Part shown: piece after piece, positions 1 through 8,229 of the stretch
Position numbering within the stretch: the stretch's first letter is position 1
Layout of the letters: each line of letters starts with the position of its first letter
Origin: a bacterium
GTDB taxonomy: Bacteria; Krumholzibacteriota; Krumholzibacteriia; LZORAL124-64-63
Length of the DNA: 27,301 bases
Assembly: GCA_030635025.1 (NCBI GenBank)
Contig: DAOVZQ010000001.1
Location: 1-27,301, forward strand
Direction: 5' to 3'
Program-made: the position numbers and the translations under genes
Notes under the pieces: model-generated
The model's input: only the letters and a program-made list of their open reading frames with translations
Told to the model about the DNA's origin: nothing
Database searches by the model: none

Positions 1-271
1 CCGCCTCGGCCATCTTGCCGAGAGAGACCTCGAAGAGGTTCTCGCTTTCGATTACGTCTGTGCCGAGTTTGGCGATAGCCACGGTCGCGGCCGTGATAGC
101 GGCGCCGATCGCGGCAATAGACACGGCCGCGATCTTCGCCCCCTTTTTCAGTACGGCGCCGATCGAGGCAATTCCCTTGGCTGCGATGCTCTTGGCGTCC
201 TTGAGCCCATTTTTCAGGCCCTTGGTATCCAGGCGAACAACCCCAAGTGCGTCGAAAATCTTAATCGCCAT
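1..271 (-). CDS. Tape measure protein, N-terminal part (runs off the left edge)
   Basis: Not in the ORF track. ATG at 271 reads MAIKIFDALGVVRLDTKGLKNGLKDAKSIAAKGIASIGAVLKKGAKIAAVSIAAIGAAITAATVAIAKLGTDVIESENLFEVSLGKMAEA, open to the edge. Ala/Gly-rich amphipathic start directly after the chaperone pair. Confidence 0.88.
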   Translation of the reverse strand, partial: MAIKIFDALGVVRLDTKGLKNGLKDAKSIAAKGIASIGAVLKKGAKIAAVSIAAIGAAITAATVAIAKLGTDVIESENLFEVSLGKMAEA

Positions 272-656
272 CGGTCTTTCCCTTGGCCTTCTTCTCGGGC
301 CCCACCCGCGTCGCCCTGACCCCGTTTGCTGCCATCCACGCGGCCCCGCTGATCTTCTTCTTGCCGCCGCTTCCGTTGGGCCCAGCCTTTGCCTGCGCGT
401 CTTCCGCCGCTTTCTTCTGCGCCTCGATCATCGCCTCGCGCTCCTCGAACATGACGGCCAAGCGTTCGTCGCTCCAGGTGTTGAGGATCTCGTCCGGGCC
501 GACATGCCACTCGGTGAGGGCGACGAACATGGCGCGCGAGAACTTGTCGTCGTCGCTTAGGGCTTCGTCTTCTCGGCCTTCGCCTTGTTTCCGGCCATCT
601 GTTGCAGCGCCCTCGTCCACAACGTCTTGAGCAAAGGGAACACCAGTTGCAGCACC
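261..656 (-). CDS. Tail assembly chaperone T segment (lambda gpT-like), probably made as a GT frameshift fusion
   Basis: The -1 frame relative to 557..1063 is open from 656 to 261. It contains EWHVGPDEILNTWSDERL, like gpT-type segments, and lies between chaperone G and TMP. Confidence 0.7.
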   Translation of the reverse strand, partial: GAATGVPFAQDVVDEGAATDGRKQGEGREDEALSDDDKFSRAMFVALTEWHVGPDEILNTWSDERLAVMFEEREAMIEAQKKAAEDAQAKAGPNGSGGKKKISGAAWMAANGVRATRVGPEKKAKGKTDGD

Positions 657-1063
657 TCACAGGCCGCGTCGATGATCTCCTCGTCCGTCGCCTTGCCCTC
701 GCCGATCGTGCCGTCCGGAGCGGGCTCGTACTTCTTGAGTTCCGGCGCGTACTGCCACAACATGTCGAGCATGAAGTCGAACCCGTCGCACATCAGGGTC
801 GGCATCAGATCACAGAGCGATGGCAGGGCCTCGCGATTCTCCATGGTCCCGTCGTCGTTCATCTTGTCCAGCAGATCAAGGACCGGGTCCTGGTTGTTCC
901 GGACCAGCGAGCTGACCATCTCGCCCAGCGATTTGCGAAACGCCCTGTTCGCCAAGATGGACTTGACGGGCAGGGTCAGGACCTCGCCCGCCATAGTCAC
1001 CTCGAACGTCTGGAGGATACGCTCTGTCTTACTCCGTTTCTCCTTTGGCTGCGCGTCTGTCAT
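557..1063 (-). CDS. Tail assembly chaperone G
   Basis: 168-aa helical protein between major tail protein and TMP, with an overlapping -1 ORF at its 3' end. Confidence 0.75.
   Translation of the reverse strand: MTDAQPKEKRSKTERILQTFEVTMAGEVLTLPVKSILANRAFRKSLGEMVSSLVRNNQDPVLDLLDKMNDDGTMENREALPSLCDLMPTLMCDGFDFMLDMLWQYAPELKKYEPAPDGTIGEGKATDEEIIDAACEVLQLVFPLLKTLWTRALQQMAGNKAKAEKTKP
632..638 (-). promoter_or_regulatory. -1 ribosomal frameshift slippery heptamer C CCU UUG
   Basis: X XXY YYZ in the G reading frame (TTC CCT TTG), inside the only window where the -1 frame is open. A possible stem GTTGTGG/CTGCAAC starts 8 nt downstream. Confidence 0.7.
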
Positions 1064-1081
1064 GGCAGCACCTTTCCCCGC

Positions 1082-1669
1082 CTATGCGGATGTGATCTCG
1101 AAGACCTTGTACATTCTCTCCCCGGCGCTCCGGGCCGCGTCCATCAGAAGCACCCACGTGTATCGGAACATCACGTCTCCCAGTTTGTTGAACGCGATCT
1201 CCTCGATACTGTCGAGGCGCACTTTGGGGAAATACCAGACCTGCCCGACTCCGGCGGCGGGTGCCGGGCCGTCACCAGAGAACGCGAGGCTCTGTGTGGC
1301 GACAATCGCCTTGTCGCCACCCCCCAGCACGTTCGGGTTGGTCCCCGCCGCAGCCGCAACGGTATAGGTTGACGGCGCCAGCGTCTCGCTGATCGTCAGC
1401 AGGTCCGACTCCTTCGTGTCGAAGGTGACGGTCCCGCCCTCGCGGATCAGCTGGGCCTCGATCGCCGCCCGGTGCTCCTGGACGATGGTCTCCTGCCACT
1501 CGAAGTTGAGGTTCAATTTCGCGCCCTCGTCGGTCCCGGCGGTCATCTGGTCCCAGGACGAAAAGTCTATCACCTGGTCGGCGACGTTCACCGGGTCATT
1601 CCCGGCCACGAAGTCGGTCGTGTAGGGCTCCACAATACCCCTGAGGATGTTGATCTCTGTTACAGCCAT
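1082..1669 (-). CDS. Major tail (tube) protein
   Basis: 195 aa, beta-rich; between tail terminator and chaperones; GGAG RBS upstream of ATG. Confidence 0.78.
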   Translation of the reverse strand: MAVTEINILRGIVEPYTTDFVAGNDPVNVADQVIDFSSWDQMTAGTDEGAKLNLNFEWQETIVQEHRAAIEAQLIREGGTVTFDTKESDLLTISETLAPSTYTVAAAAGTNPNVLGGGDKAIVATQSLAFSGDGPAPAAGVGQVWYFPKVRLDSIEEIAFNKLGDVMFRYTWVLLMDAARSAGERMYKVFEITSA

Positions 1670-1689
1670 GATGGTCTCCTAAGGGCGGC

Positions 1690-2121
1690 CTACGTTACGC
1701 CCAAGAATGTGACGGTGAAGAAACCCAACACCATCGGGATGCCCTTGTCCGGCCCGTCTGCCTCGATGGGCGGCTCCTGGGGTTCTTGCTCGGGCAACGC
1801 GCTGTGAATGCCGTATGTTGCCCAAGTGGCTCTCTGTTCGGGCTGGTTGTCCGGGGTGCCTATGAGGGCCACCTTGACCAATTCATAGACCTCCATCGCG
1901 TCCTCGGCCGTGTTTGCGTAACACATGACGGTCCATGACGGATCGCGGACCAGGCCAACCGCGTCGGTGTCGCCCCCGTTTCCTGCGAAGACGACGCTCC
2001 CGCGTTCCCGCGGGATAGCCCGACTGGCACGGGGCGAGCCGATATCCTTCGCGGCGACAACTGCGGTCAGCGCCGAGTTGTTGACCAAGAGGTCCCGGAT
2101 GTGTTCGCGCGTCGTCGTCAT
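1690..2121 (-). CDS. Tail terminator / tail completion protein
   Basis: 143 aa, starts with IRDLLVNNSALTAVV helix and has a WTVMCYA strand; position just before the major tail protein. Confidence 0.65.
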   Translation of the reverse strand: MTTTREHIRDLLVNNSALTAVVAAKDIGSPRASRAIPRERGSVVFAGNGGDTDAVGLVRDPSWTVMCYANTAEDAMEVYELVKVALIGTPDNQPEQRATWATYGIHSALPEQEPQEPPIEADGPDKGIPMVLGFFTVTFLGVT

Positions 2122-2537
2122 TACGTGACCACCCCGTCGATGATCTTGCGTATCCGCCGCTTCACGGCGTTGAAGGCCGGCCTCAGGTACGGTTGTGCCC
2201 TCATCCCCTTGACCGAGGCGAACGGATGGGGGGCCCCGGGCCAGAACAGCGCCTTCTTGGTCTTCGGCCTGATCCGCTCCTTACTACGGCCGAAAAGGCC
2301 TGTCCCGAGTTCGAGGTGCGCCCCGTAGCCCGACTGCGTGAAGATGTGCCACACGGCGCCGGTGATCTTCTTCCACGCTATCGAGCGGCGGTTCGTGCCC
2401 GTCTTGTAGGGCGAGCGCTGGACTGCCTCGACTTCCATCTCCTCCATGACCCGGGTCATAACCGTATCGCCTGCCGCGAGGATCTTCTTCTCCGCCGCCT
2501 TGTTGAACTTGAGGGTCATGCCCGAATCGTTGGCCAT
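2121..2537 (-). CDS. HK97 gp10-like tail completion protein
   Basis: Motifs SPYKTGTNRRSI, YGAHLELGT and GMRAQPYLRPAF characteristic of the HK97 gp10 family. Confidence 0.85.
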   Translation of the reverse strand: MANDSGMTLKFNKAAEKKILAAGDTVMTRVMEEMEVEAVQRSPYKTGTNRRSIAWKKITGAVWHIFTQSGYGAHLELGTGLFGRSKERIRPKTKKALFWPGAPHPFASVKGMRAQPYLRPAFNAVKRRIRKIIDGVVT

Positions 2538-2538
2538 G

Positions 2539-3129
2539 TTACGACCTCACCCTCTCGCACTCGGCTTCGACGTGGTGTTCGTCCACGTCGTCGTCCTGAC
2601 GGTGGATCTTGATAGGCGACAGGGGGCCAGCGTCGACCACGCTCGAATCCGACGGGTTCACCACATCGATTATCCTGTCCCGTTCGGTGATATCTGTCAG
2701 CCGGGGCAAAAGCAGGTTCACGTCAACCACCTCCGCCCGTTGGCTCGTGTTGCTCTGGTTCACGGCGCCGAAGCCCGACAAGACCTCGTGTCGGCACGCC
2801 ACCCCGGTAGCCAGATCTGTCCACACGGGCACCCTCTGCCCACCCCCATCGACTTCCCACACCCTACCCCCCGAAACGTACGCCCCGTCCCCTGTCGACC
2901 CCGCGAGCGCGAAGGTGTTTGCCGTGGCCGCCGCAACGTCGAAGTCCCCGTTCGCCGCCGTGTTGCCCGTGACATCCTCGACCCGGACTTTCTCCCCGTC
3001 TGAGAACCCGTGCCCGGCGCCCGTGACCACTATTGGGCTCGCGTTCGTCGCATCGGTCACAGCCCGGCCGTCACGCTGGATCGTGCACGTGTGGATCAGG
3101 GCGGCGGTGAAAGCATCATCCGAGGCCAC
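2539..3129 (-). CDS. Head closure protein with an inserted E1-FCCH-like beta domain
   Basis: GTG start with AGGAGG RBS. LIHTCTIQR...DGGGQRVPVW...VACR and final HHVEAECERV fit SPP1 gp16-type head closure proteins; residues ~22-90 form an insert. Confidence 0.7.
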   Translation of the reverse strand: MASDDAFTAALIHTCTIQRDGRAVTDATNASPIVVTGAGHGFSDGEKVRVEDVTGNTAANGDFDVAAATANTFALAGSTGDGAYVSGGRVWEVDGGGQRVPVWTDLATGVACRHEVLSGFGAVNQSNTSQRAEVVDVNLLLPRLTDITERDRIIDVVNPSDSSVVDAGPLSPIKIHRQDDDVDEHHVEAECERVRS

Positions 3130-3502
3130 TGCGTTGCTCCTCCTTGCGCTGGATGTCCCAACTGTTGTACGGCGTGTGCCCCTTCTCTATGACGCCGCGG
3201 GCCGCCACGTTGGCATCCGCGTCCTCGCGTAGCGCCGCCGCCTGCTTGCGAAGGGACTCGGCCGCCGCCCTGTCGTCCATCGTCCAGTTGAGCGTCTTCT
3301 GCATCTTAGCCAGCCGCGACTTGCTACTCGCCACGGCCTCGAGGGCCATCGCCGATGCGAGCCGGACCGTCGCCGTCTCGCCAATCCAGTAATCCAGTTC
3401 CTCGTCGGTGAAGACCGGGGACGCGGAATCCGTGTCCTGGATCGTCAACCGGACTTGCGAGAGCGTGGTTGTCAAGACCTCTGGATCGTAAGTGAATGTC
3501 AT
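3116..3502 (-). CDS. Head-tail adaptor (connector) protein
   Basis: 128 aa with VRLTIQDTD...FTDEELDYW motif, directly upstream of head closure. Confidence 0.75.
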   Translation of the reverse strand: MTFTYDPEVLTTTLSQVRLTIQDTDSASPVFTDEELDYWIGETATVRLASAMALEAVASSKSRLAKMQKTLNWTMDDRAAAESLRKQAAALREDADANVAARGVIEKGHTPYNSWDIQRKEEQRSGLG

Positions 3503-3520
3503 CTCGCAACCTCTGCCTGA

Positions 3521-5437
3521 TTAGAAGAATATGACTACTGGCGATGCTGCGCTGATAGTGGCGGTGGATTCTGCTGACGCGAACTCCAGGGCCCCCATCG
3601 TCCATACTCCGGCCTGGCGACAAACCCCGTCCACATCCACGTCAAAATCATAGTCCGGGAACTCTGTGGTCGGGAACATGGCCGAGACATCGGTGCCGGC
3701 GCCGATCCCCTGATTTGCGGCAACCAGGTGGAAGTCCCCTCCGGCGTAGTCAGAGAACGTCGAGGTGGTGTCTTCGTCTACGATTTCTCCGGTCTCGGGA
3801 TACCACTCGGGGGGGGCCGGAGTTTGATCCCAACGTAGTCCGCAGTACAGGTTGTAAGCCCTATCGTCCGCAGTCCCACCGTCAATGATATTGTTCCGGA
3901 CGACAAACATAGAGCCCAGTGTCCCTACGAAGCCGATGTCATCGACACTCCTCATCACCGAATTATGGAGCACGTAATTCGTGCCTCGGCATGGACTCCA
4001 TACCGCGATACCCCAAGCGGCTTCTCCACCATCAAAGATGTTGCCTATCGTATAGATGTCTTCGGAATCCGACATGGTAAAAGGGATGTTCGCGCTTGAC
4101 ATCAGAATCCTGTTGTGCGCCACGAGAACATTGGATGACTGCGCGTAGACCGACAAGCCGTTCGCATGAGTTCCCCAACAGTACTGGACAAGATTGCCTG
4201 TAGCCTGACTGTCAGAACATCCTTGAAACCAAATCCCAACATACCCAACATACTCAACCGTATTGTTGTCCACTTTGTTGCGATCCCCTGTCAACATAAT
4301 TCCGGGGTTGTATTGAGAATGGTGGACGTAATTCGAGGTGACCTCGAACGCTTCACCTTCGTGCAAGCGAATCGAGCCAACCCGCTCCATCGAACGCAGG
4401 TTATGGATCTCGTTGTTCCGAACGATGATATCAGATGCCGAGGTGTTCCACGTGTAAACCCCTACCCCGCCCGTCTCGCCCAGATCGCCATAAAACCCAC
4501 GAATCTCAAAACCTTCAAAGACCACGTACTGGCAACCAGAGAAGTTGACACCTACGGGCCTCTGGGACACGCTGTAAACATGATTCGATGGGGCGTCGGA
4601 GTCGTGTGTCCAGATAAAGACGGTGTTGTCCTTGTAGCCAACCGTGCCAGCGGAATTCATCACGCCGGGATGGCCAAGAATGGAATATCCACCATCGACA
4701 TCCGTATGGAGATCCGCCCCGATATCGTCAAAAGTAATCGTGTCTGTAGCGGGATTGAAAGATGTGATGGGCGAGAAAGACAACGAACTTGAGATATGGA
4801 AAAGCATGACGTAAGAATCATCCCAATACGACGAGTCTGATTGAGTGAAGTACGTTTGATCCGTAACGGTTGTTCGTGTCGCGGAAGTGGTCTCAGAGTC
4901 CAGCGGAATAGGCGTCTGCCCTTCGTGGGTGTTGAAGAATATCGGATATTCCGGGGCGGGATCTTGGGAAAACCAGAGAAACGCCGCGTCTTCATAAACT
5001 GACTGAAACGTAGCGAACCCTGCGGGTGCGGTGGTGTACCAGATGTTGGCCCAGTTTTCGTTGCCATAGCACTCCGTGGATGTCGTGCATTGCGTCCACG
5101 AAGGAGCCCACACGTCTGCACCCTCCAGGATAGCGTCGGGCGACCCCCAACCATCGCCCTTGTAGGTGATCAGCGAGACGCTCGTTCCGCTTGTGGCAAT
5201 CACAAGGTTGCCACGATAGACGACATCGCCACGAAACAGGAAGGTGTCGCCGGCCGCCGGCGTAGTCGAGTCGGCCACGCCGGTCGCATTCGGATCGCCG
5301 GGACAGTGTTTCCATGCCGTGGAGTCGGACGTGCCGTTGTTGGCATCCGACCCCGAATCGAAGTCGATGTAGTAGTCCGCGCAGAACGCCAGGCCAACGG
5401 TCAGGAAAAGGAAGAGAGTGAGTGTCGCGATCCTCAT
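3521..5437 (-). CDS. Signal-peptide-bearing right-handed parallel beta-helix (pectin-lyase-like) protein, 638 aa
   Basis: Preferred start ATG 5437: MRIATLTLFLFLTVGLAFC then ADYYIDFDSGSDANNGTS..AWKH. Repeated xxVxxNxxx beta-helix rungs (IIVRNNEIHN, VTSNYVHH, VDNNTVEY, ATGNLVQY). C-terminal GDFHL..NQGIGAG..DVDG..R....TMGALEF resembles choice-of-anchor Q endings. Confidence 0.8.
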   Translation of the reverse strand: MRIATLTLFLFLTVGLAFCADYYIDFDSGSDANNGTSDSTAWKHCPGDPNATGVADSTTPAAGDTFLFRGDVVYRGNLVIATSGTSVSLITYKGDGWGSPDAILEGADVWAPSWTQCTTSTECYGNENWANIWYTTAPAGFATFQSVYEDAAFLWFSQDPAPEYPIFFNTHEGQTPIPLDSETTSATRTTVTDQTYFTQSDSSYWDDSYVMLFHISSSLSFSPITSFNPATDTITFDDIGADLHTDVDGGYSILGHPGVMNSAGTVGYKDNTVFIWTHDSDAPSNHVYSVSQRPVGVNFSGCQYVVFEGFEIRGFYGDLGETGGVGVYTWNTSASDIIVRNNEIHNLRSMERVGSIRLHEGEAFEVTSNYVHHSQYNPGIMLTGDRNKVDNNTVEYVGYVGIWFQGCSDSQATGNLVQYCWGTHANGLSVYAQSSNVLVAHNRILMSSANIPFTMSDSEDIYTIGNIFDGGEAAWGIAVWSPCRGTNYVLHNSVMRSVDDIGFVGTLGSMFVVRNNIIDGGTADDRAYNLYCGLRWDQTPAPPEWYPETGEIVDEDTTSTFSDYAGGDFHLVAANQGIGAGTDVSAMFPTTEFPDYDFDVDVDGVCRQAGVWTMGALEFASAESTATISAASPVVIFF

Positions 5438-5451
5438 ATCAGCCTGTCCTG

Positions 5452-6546
5452 CTACTCGAACGTGCAAACGACGGAGAGCCCAAAAGGTTCGGTACCGGAA
5501 TGGATGGCATCCACGTCGAAGTAGATCTCGTCGCCGGTCGCAACATCGTCATTCGACGTGTTGATCGTTTCGTCGTTGGCGAAGAACTCGTCGCCGATGG
5601 TGACGGCGGCGCTCAACATGTCGGCATTTGCACCGCCCCTCCTGCGGACCACCATCACGTTTGTGGTACCGGTCACGCCTTTCGTGTTGACGGTGGCCAG
5701 AACATCTGTCAGCTCGAGCCCGTTCAGTGCTGCCGGTATTGGTATGCCGTTGATGCCAGATCCGACCGTCACAGACGTAGCCGAGTCGAAGATGTTGATA
5801 GCAACCATACGAGAACGAATGGCCACATTAACCACGGGAACGATGTTCACAAGGATCTCGCCATTGCTGACGTGCGCGGCTACTACCTGCCCGACGCGCA
5901 TCGGGAACTCCGTGGGGGCCGATGGGCATGTGTCTGTGGTGGCGCCTGAAACGGCGGCCGACAGAAAGATGTCGTCGCCCTCGGAAAACGCGCTGGTATT
6001 GAGATCCCGCACGAGCCCGAAGACTGTTACCTTTCCGTTCGTGTTGTGCGCAATATCATGTGTGGCCACGCCGAGCAGCCGGCTGGTATCCTCCGCGTCC
6101 GCTCGGGCGAGCGCGATTGTCGGCCTGTTGCCCGTGGCGCCCGAGATGTATACCACCTGGCCGTTGGTGACCTCTTCGCCCGTCTCGTTGCGCGCAACCA
6201 CCCAAGACTCCTGGCCAATCTGGTTCGTCACCCCGGTGACGTTGGCCCGAAACGCAAGCGTGCCAGCCGCAGAGTCCCAGAACATCTGGCCGGGGTTGTG
6301 TTCCTCGGGGGGCTCGACATCGGTGTCGAACTGGATTGCGTAGGCGTAGTTGGCTACCACCCGCCGGACACCATCGACGATCACATTCATGGCGCCAGAG
6401 CCAAACAGGGCGATCAGGGCCAGGACGATGAAGGCCCACATGGTCTTGCGGGGAAATCGTCTGGTGCGCCGCGCAGGTACCTGTCTCCGCGAAGCCCCAG
6501 CAGTTCGCCTTACCGTTCTTGGCGTAGTCTGTGGCCATTTCCTCAT
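5452..6546 (-). CDS. Membrane-anchored protein with a capsid-cement (DUF2190)-like middle domain and a C-terminal beta-sandwich
   Basis: ATGA overlap with upstream stop. Arg-rich N-terminus, then hydrophobic MWAFIVLALIALFGSGA. RNETG..VYISGATG.RPTIALA...LLGVATHDI...GKVTVFGLV module. Confidence 0.6.
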   Translation of the reverse strand: MRKWPQTTPRTVRRTAGASRRQVPARRTRRFPRKTMWAFIVLALIALFGSGAMNVIVDGVRRVVANYAYAIQFDTDVEPPEEHNPGQMFWDSAAGTLAFRANVTGVTNQIGQESWVVARNETGEEVTNGQVVYISGATGNRPTIALARADAEDTSRLLGVATHDIAHNTNGKVTVFGLVRDLNTSAFSEGDDIFLSAAVSGATTDTCPSAPTEFPMRVGQVVAAHVSNGEILVNIVPVVNVAIRSRMVAINIFDSATSVTVGSGINGIPIPAALNGLELTDVLATVNTKGVTGTTNVMVVRRRGGANADMLSAAVTIGDEFFANDETINTSNDDVATGDEIYFDVDAIHSGTEPFGLSVVCTFE

Positions 6547-7139
6547 TCCACCGACTCCGTGATACCGAAAAGGATATCGACCGTCCCGCTCGCCTGGCCG
6601 TCCGCCCAGACGCGCGCCCAGGCCTTGGTCCCCGCGTCGTGCCGCTTGCCGATCACCTCTACCGACACTTCCGTTGACGCAGCGCCAGTGGGGCGGAAAA
6701 CGATCTCAAGGAGCGTGTTCTCGGCAATGGCTGTCGCGGTCGTCGCCCCGAAAGCGATTTGCATCTGGTGGGTGCTGTTGAACTGCTGCACGTTCTCGAC
6801 GAAGATCTCGTGCAGGTCGTAGAAGTTGTTCCCGGCAACGTGCGGCGTGTCCGCACTACCCATAATCTGCACGAAGTCGCCAAAATCATCGTTCCCGGCG
6901 TCCATCTGGAAGGTCGTGAAGGTCTCGTGATCGGCGCGATGCGTCTCTCCAGACGGCACGGCGGCAAGGCCAAACCAATGCTCATAGGCGTGGACATGCC
7001 CGTCGAGTTTGGCTGTCAACCTCGCGGCCTTCCTGGCGCTGTCCTCGCCGTCCTTGACCGTCGTTCTCGCGCCACACAACGCCGCGATTACCATCAGGGC
7101 GCACAGTGTGACCTCGCACCTTGTCGGCTTGCGAATCAT
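6543..7139 (-). CDS. Hypothetical exported beta-rich protein, 198 aa
   Basis: ATG 7139 overlaps the upstream TGA. MIRKPTRCEVTLCALMVIAALCGA looks like a signal peptide; His-rich HVHAYEHWFG follows. Confidence 0.65.
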   Translation of the reverse strand: MIRKPTRCEVTLCALMVIAALCGARTTVKDGEDSARKAARLTAKLDGHVHAYEHWFGLAAVPSGETHRADHETFTTFQMDAGNDDFGDFVQIMGSADTPHVAGNNFYDLHEIFVENVQQFNSTHQMQIAFGATTATAIAENTLLEIVFRPTGAASTEVSVEVIGKRHDAGTKAWARVWADGQASGTVDILFGITESVE

Positions 7140-7648
7140 GGCAGCGCCCTCCACATGGCCTCGAGACCAACCGTATCCGAGTCGTCGTTCAGGAAACTGA
7201 ATGTCACCGAGTCGGTGGCCCTGAAGTTCATCGGAGGATCGAACTGGATAACCAGGTCGGCGTCGTTCTGCATGCTCTCCGAGATGACCACCGTATCGAA
7301 CTCCACGCCGGACCCGTGGTCAATCTGGGCCAGGAACGGGGTGGTGGTCGTCGCGTTCGCACTGAGGTGGAGCCGGACCTCGACCAGTTCCCAGGCCGTG
7401 GTCGGGTTGATCGTCGTCGTGGTATCGCCCGCGACCAGCGCCAGGGTTGTAGATATCAACAGGCGGGTCTCGCCGCCGGTGGCCTGCGTGACGAAGGGCG
7501 TGTTGACGCCACTGCTCACAGAGCCCGACCTGACCTGGCCGCGCCCGTCGTTGAAATCGCCCGCGGCCGAAGCGAGTGCGAGAAGGGCGGCAAGACAGAG
7601 GATCGATATAGCGATGCCGCCCGGTGTGATCTTTCCATGCGTGCTCAT
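7136..7648 (-). CDS. Hypothetical exported beta-sandwich protein, 170 aa
   Basis: GGAGG RBS; MSTHGKITPGGIAISILCLAALLALASA signal peptide, then AGDFNDG; alternating beta-strand pattern. Confidence 0.7.
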   Translation of the reverse strand: MSTHGKITPGGIAISILCLAALLALASAAGDFNDGRGQVRSGSVSSGVNTPFVTQATGGETRLLISTTLALVAGDTTTTINPTTAWELVEVRLHLSANATTTTPFLAQIDHGSGVEFDTVVISESMQNDADLVIQFDPPMNFRATDSVTFSFLNDDSDTVGLEAMWRALP

Positions 7649-7663
7649 GTCTTGCCTCCCTTC

Positions 7664-8203
7664 TTAGTTGGCGCTGAAGAACATCTGGGTGAAGTCGTCC
7701 CCATCGGCGCTCGTGCACAGTAGGCCCAGGACGCTTCCGTTGCCTTCGGTGAGGACCCGGTTACCGCCGAGGGTGTAGCTCGTCCCGTCGTCGAATTGCA
7801 TCGTGTTGGTCCCATCGGTCCCGGCAACGATGACGATCACTTCGCCGAGCGTAGCCCCGGTGATCGTGATGCCGGTAATGCTCTCATCGCTGGTCAGGGT
7901 AATGCGTTCGGTCGTTGCGGCGGCGCTGATCGTCGTGCTCGGGCTTGTGATGACGGCATTGGTATTGGCGAGAACCCGCTTGCCGTGGGTCAATGTGCCG
8001 GTCACGGTAACCGTACCCGTCACAGAAAGGGTCCCGGCAAGCGTTGAGGTCCCACCGGTGACAACGTTCAGGTTCTGTGTCCGAACAGTGTTGATCTGCT
8101 GCGTCTGCCCGTCGTTGAAGGGCTTCAGGGCCATGCAAAGCACGCCCACGACCAGCATAAGGGCCAAGGCGATAACGGCCTGTCGAATCGTTCGGTTCTT
8201 CAT
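7664..8203 (-). CDS. Hypothetical exported Thr/Gly-rich protein, 179 aa
   Basis: Real start ATG 8203 with GAGGAG RBS (the ORF-track start at 8494 overlaps the upstream gene). MKNRTIRQAVIALALMLVVGVLCMA signal peptide, then LKPFNDG and fibre-like GTLSVTGTVTVTGTL repeats. Confidence 0.7.
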   Translation of the reverse strand: MKNRTIRQAVIALALMLVVGVLCMALKPFNDGQTQQINTVRTQNLNVVTGGTSTLAGTLSVTGTVTVTGTLTHGKRVLANTNAVITSPSTTISAAATTERITLTSDESITGITITGATLGEVIVIVAGTDGTNTMQFDDGTSYTLGGNRVLTEGNGSVLGLLCTSADGDDFTQMFFSAN

Positions 8204-8229
8204 GTCAGTCTCCTCGGCCCTGCTGGGCC

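Noticed and set aside
587-593. Alternative slippery site C GGA AAC
   Set aside because: The first triplet is imperfect; 632..638 fits X XXY YYZ exactly.
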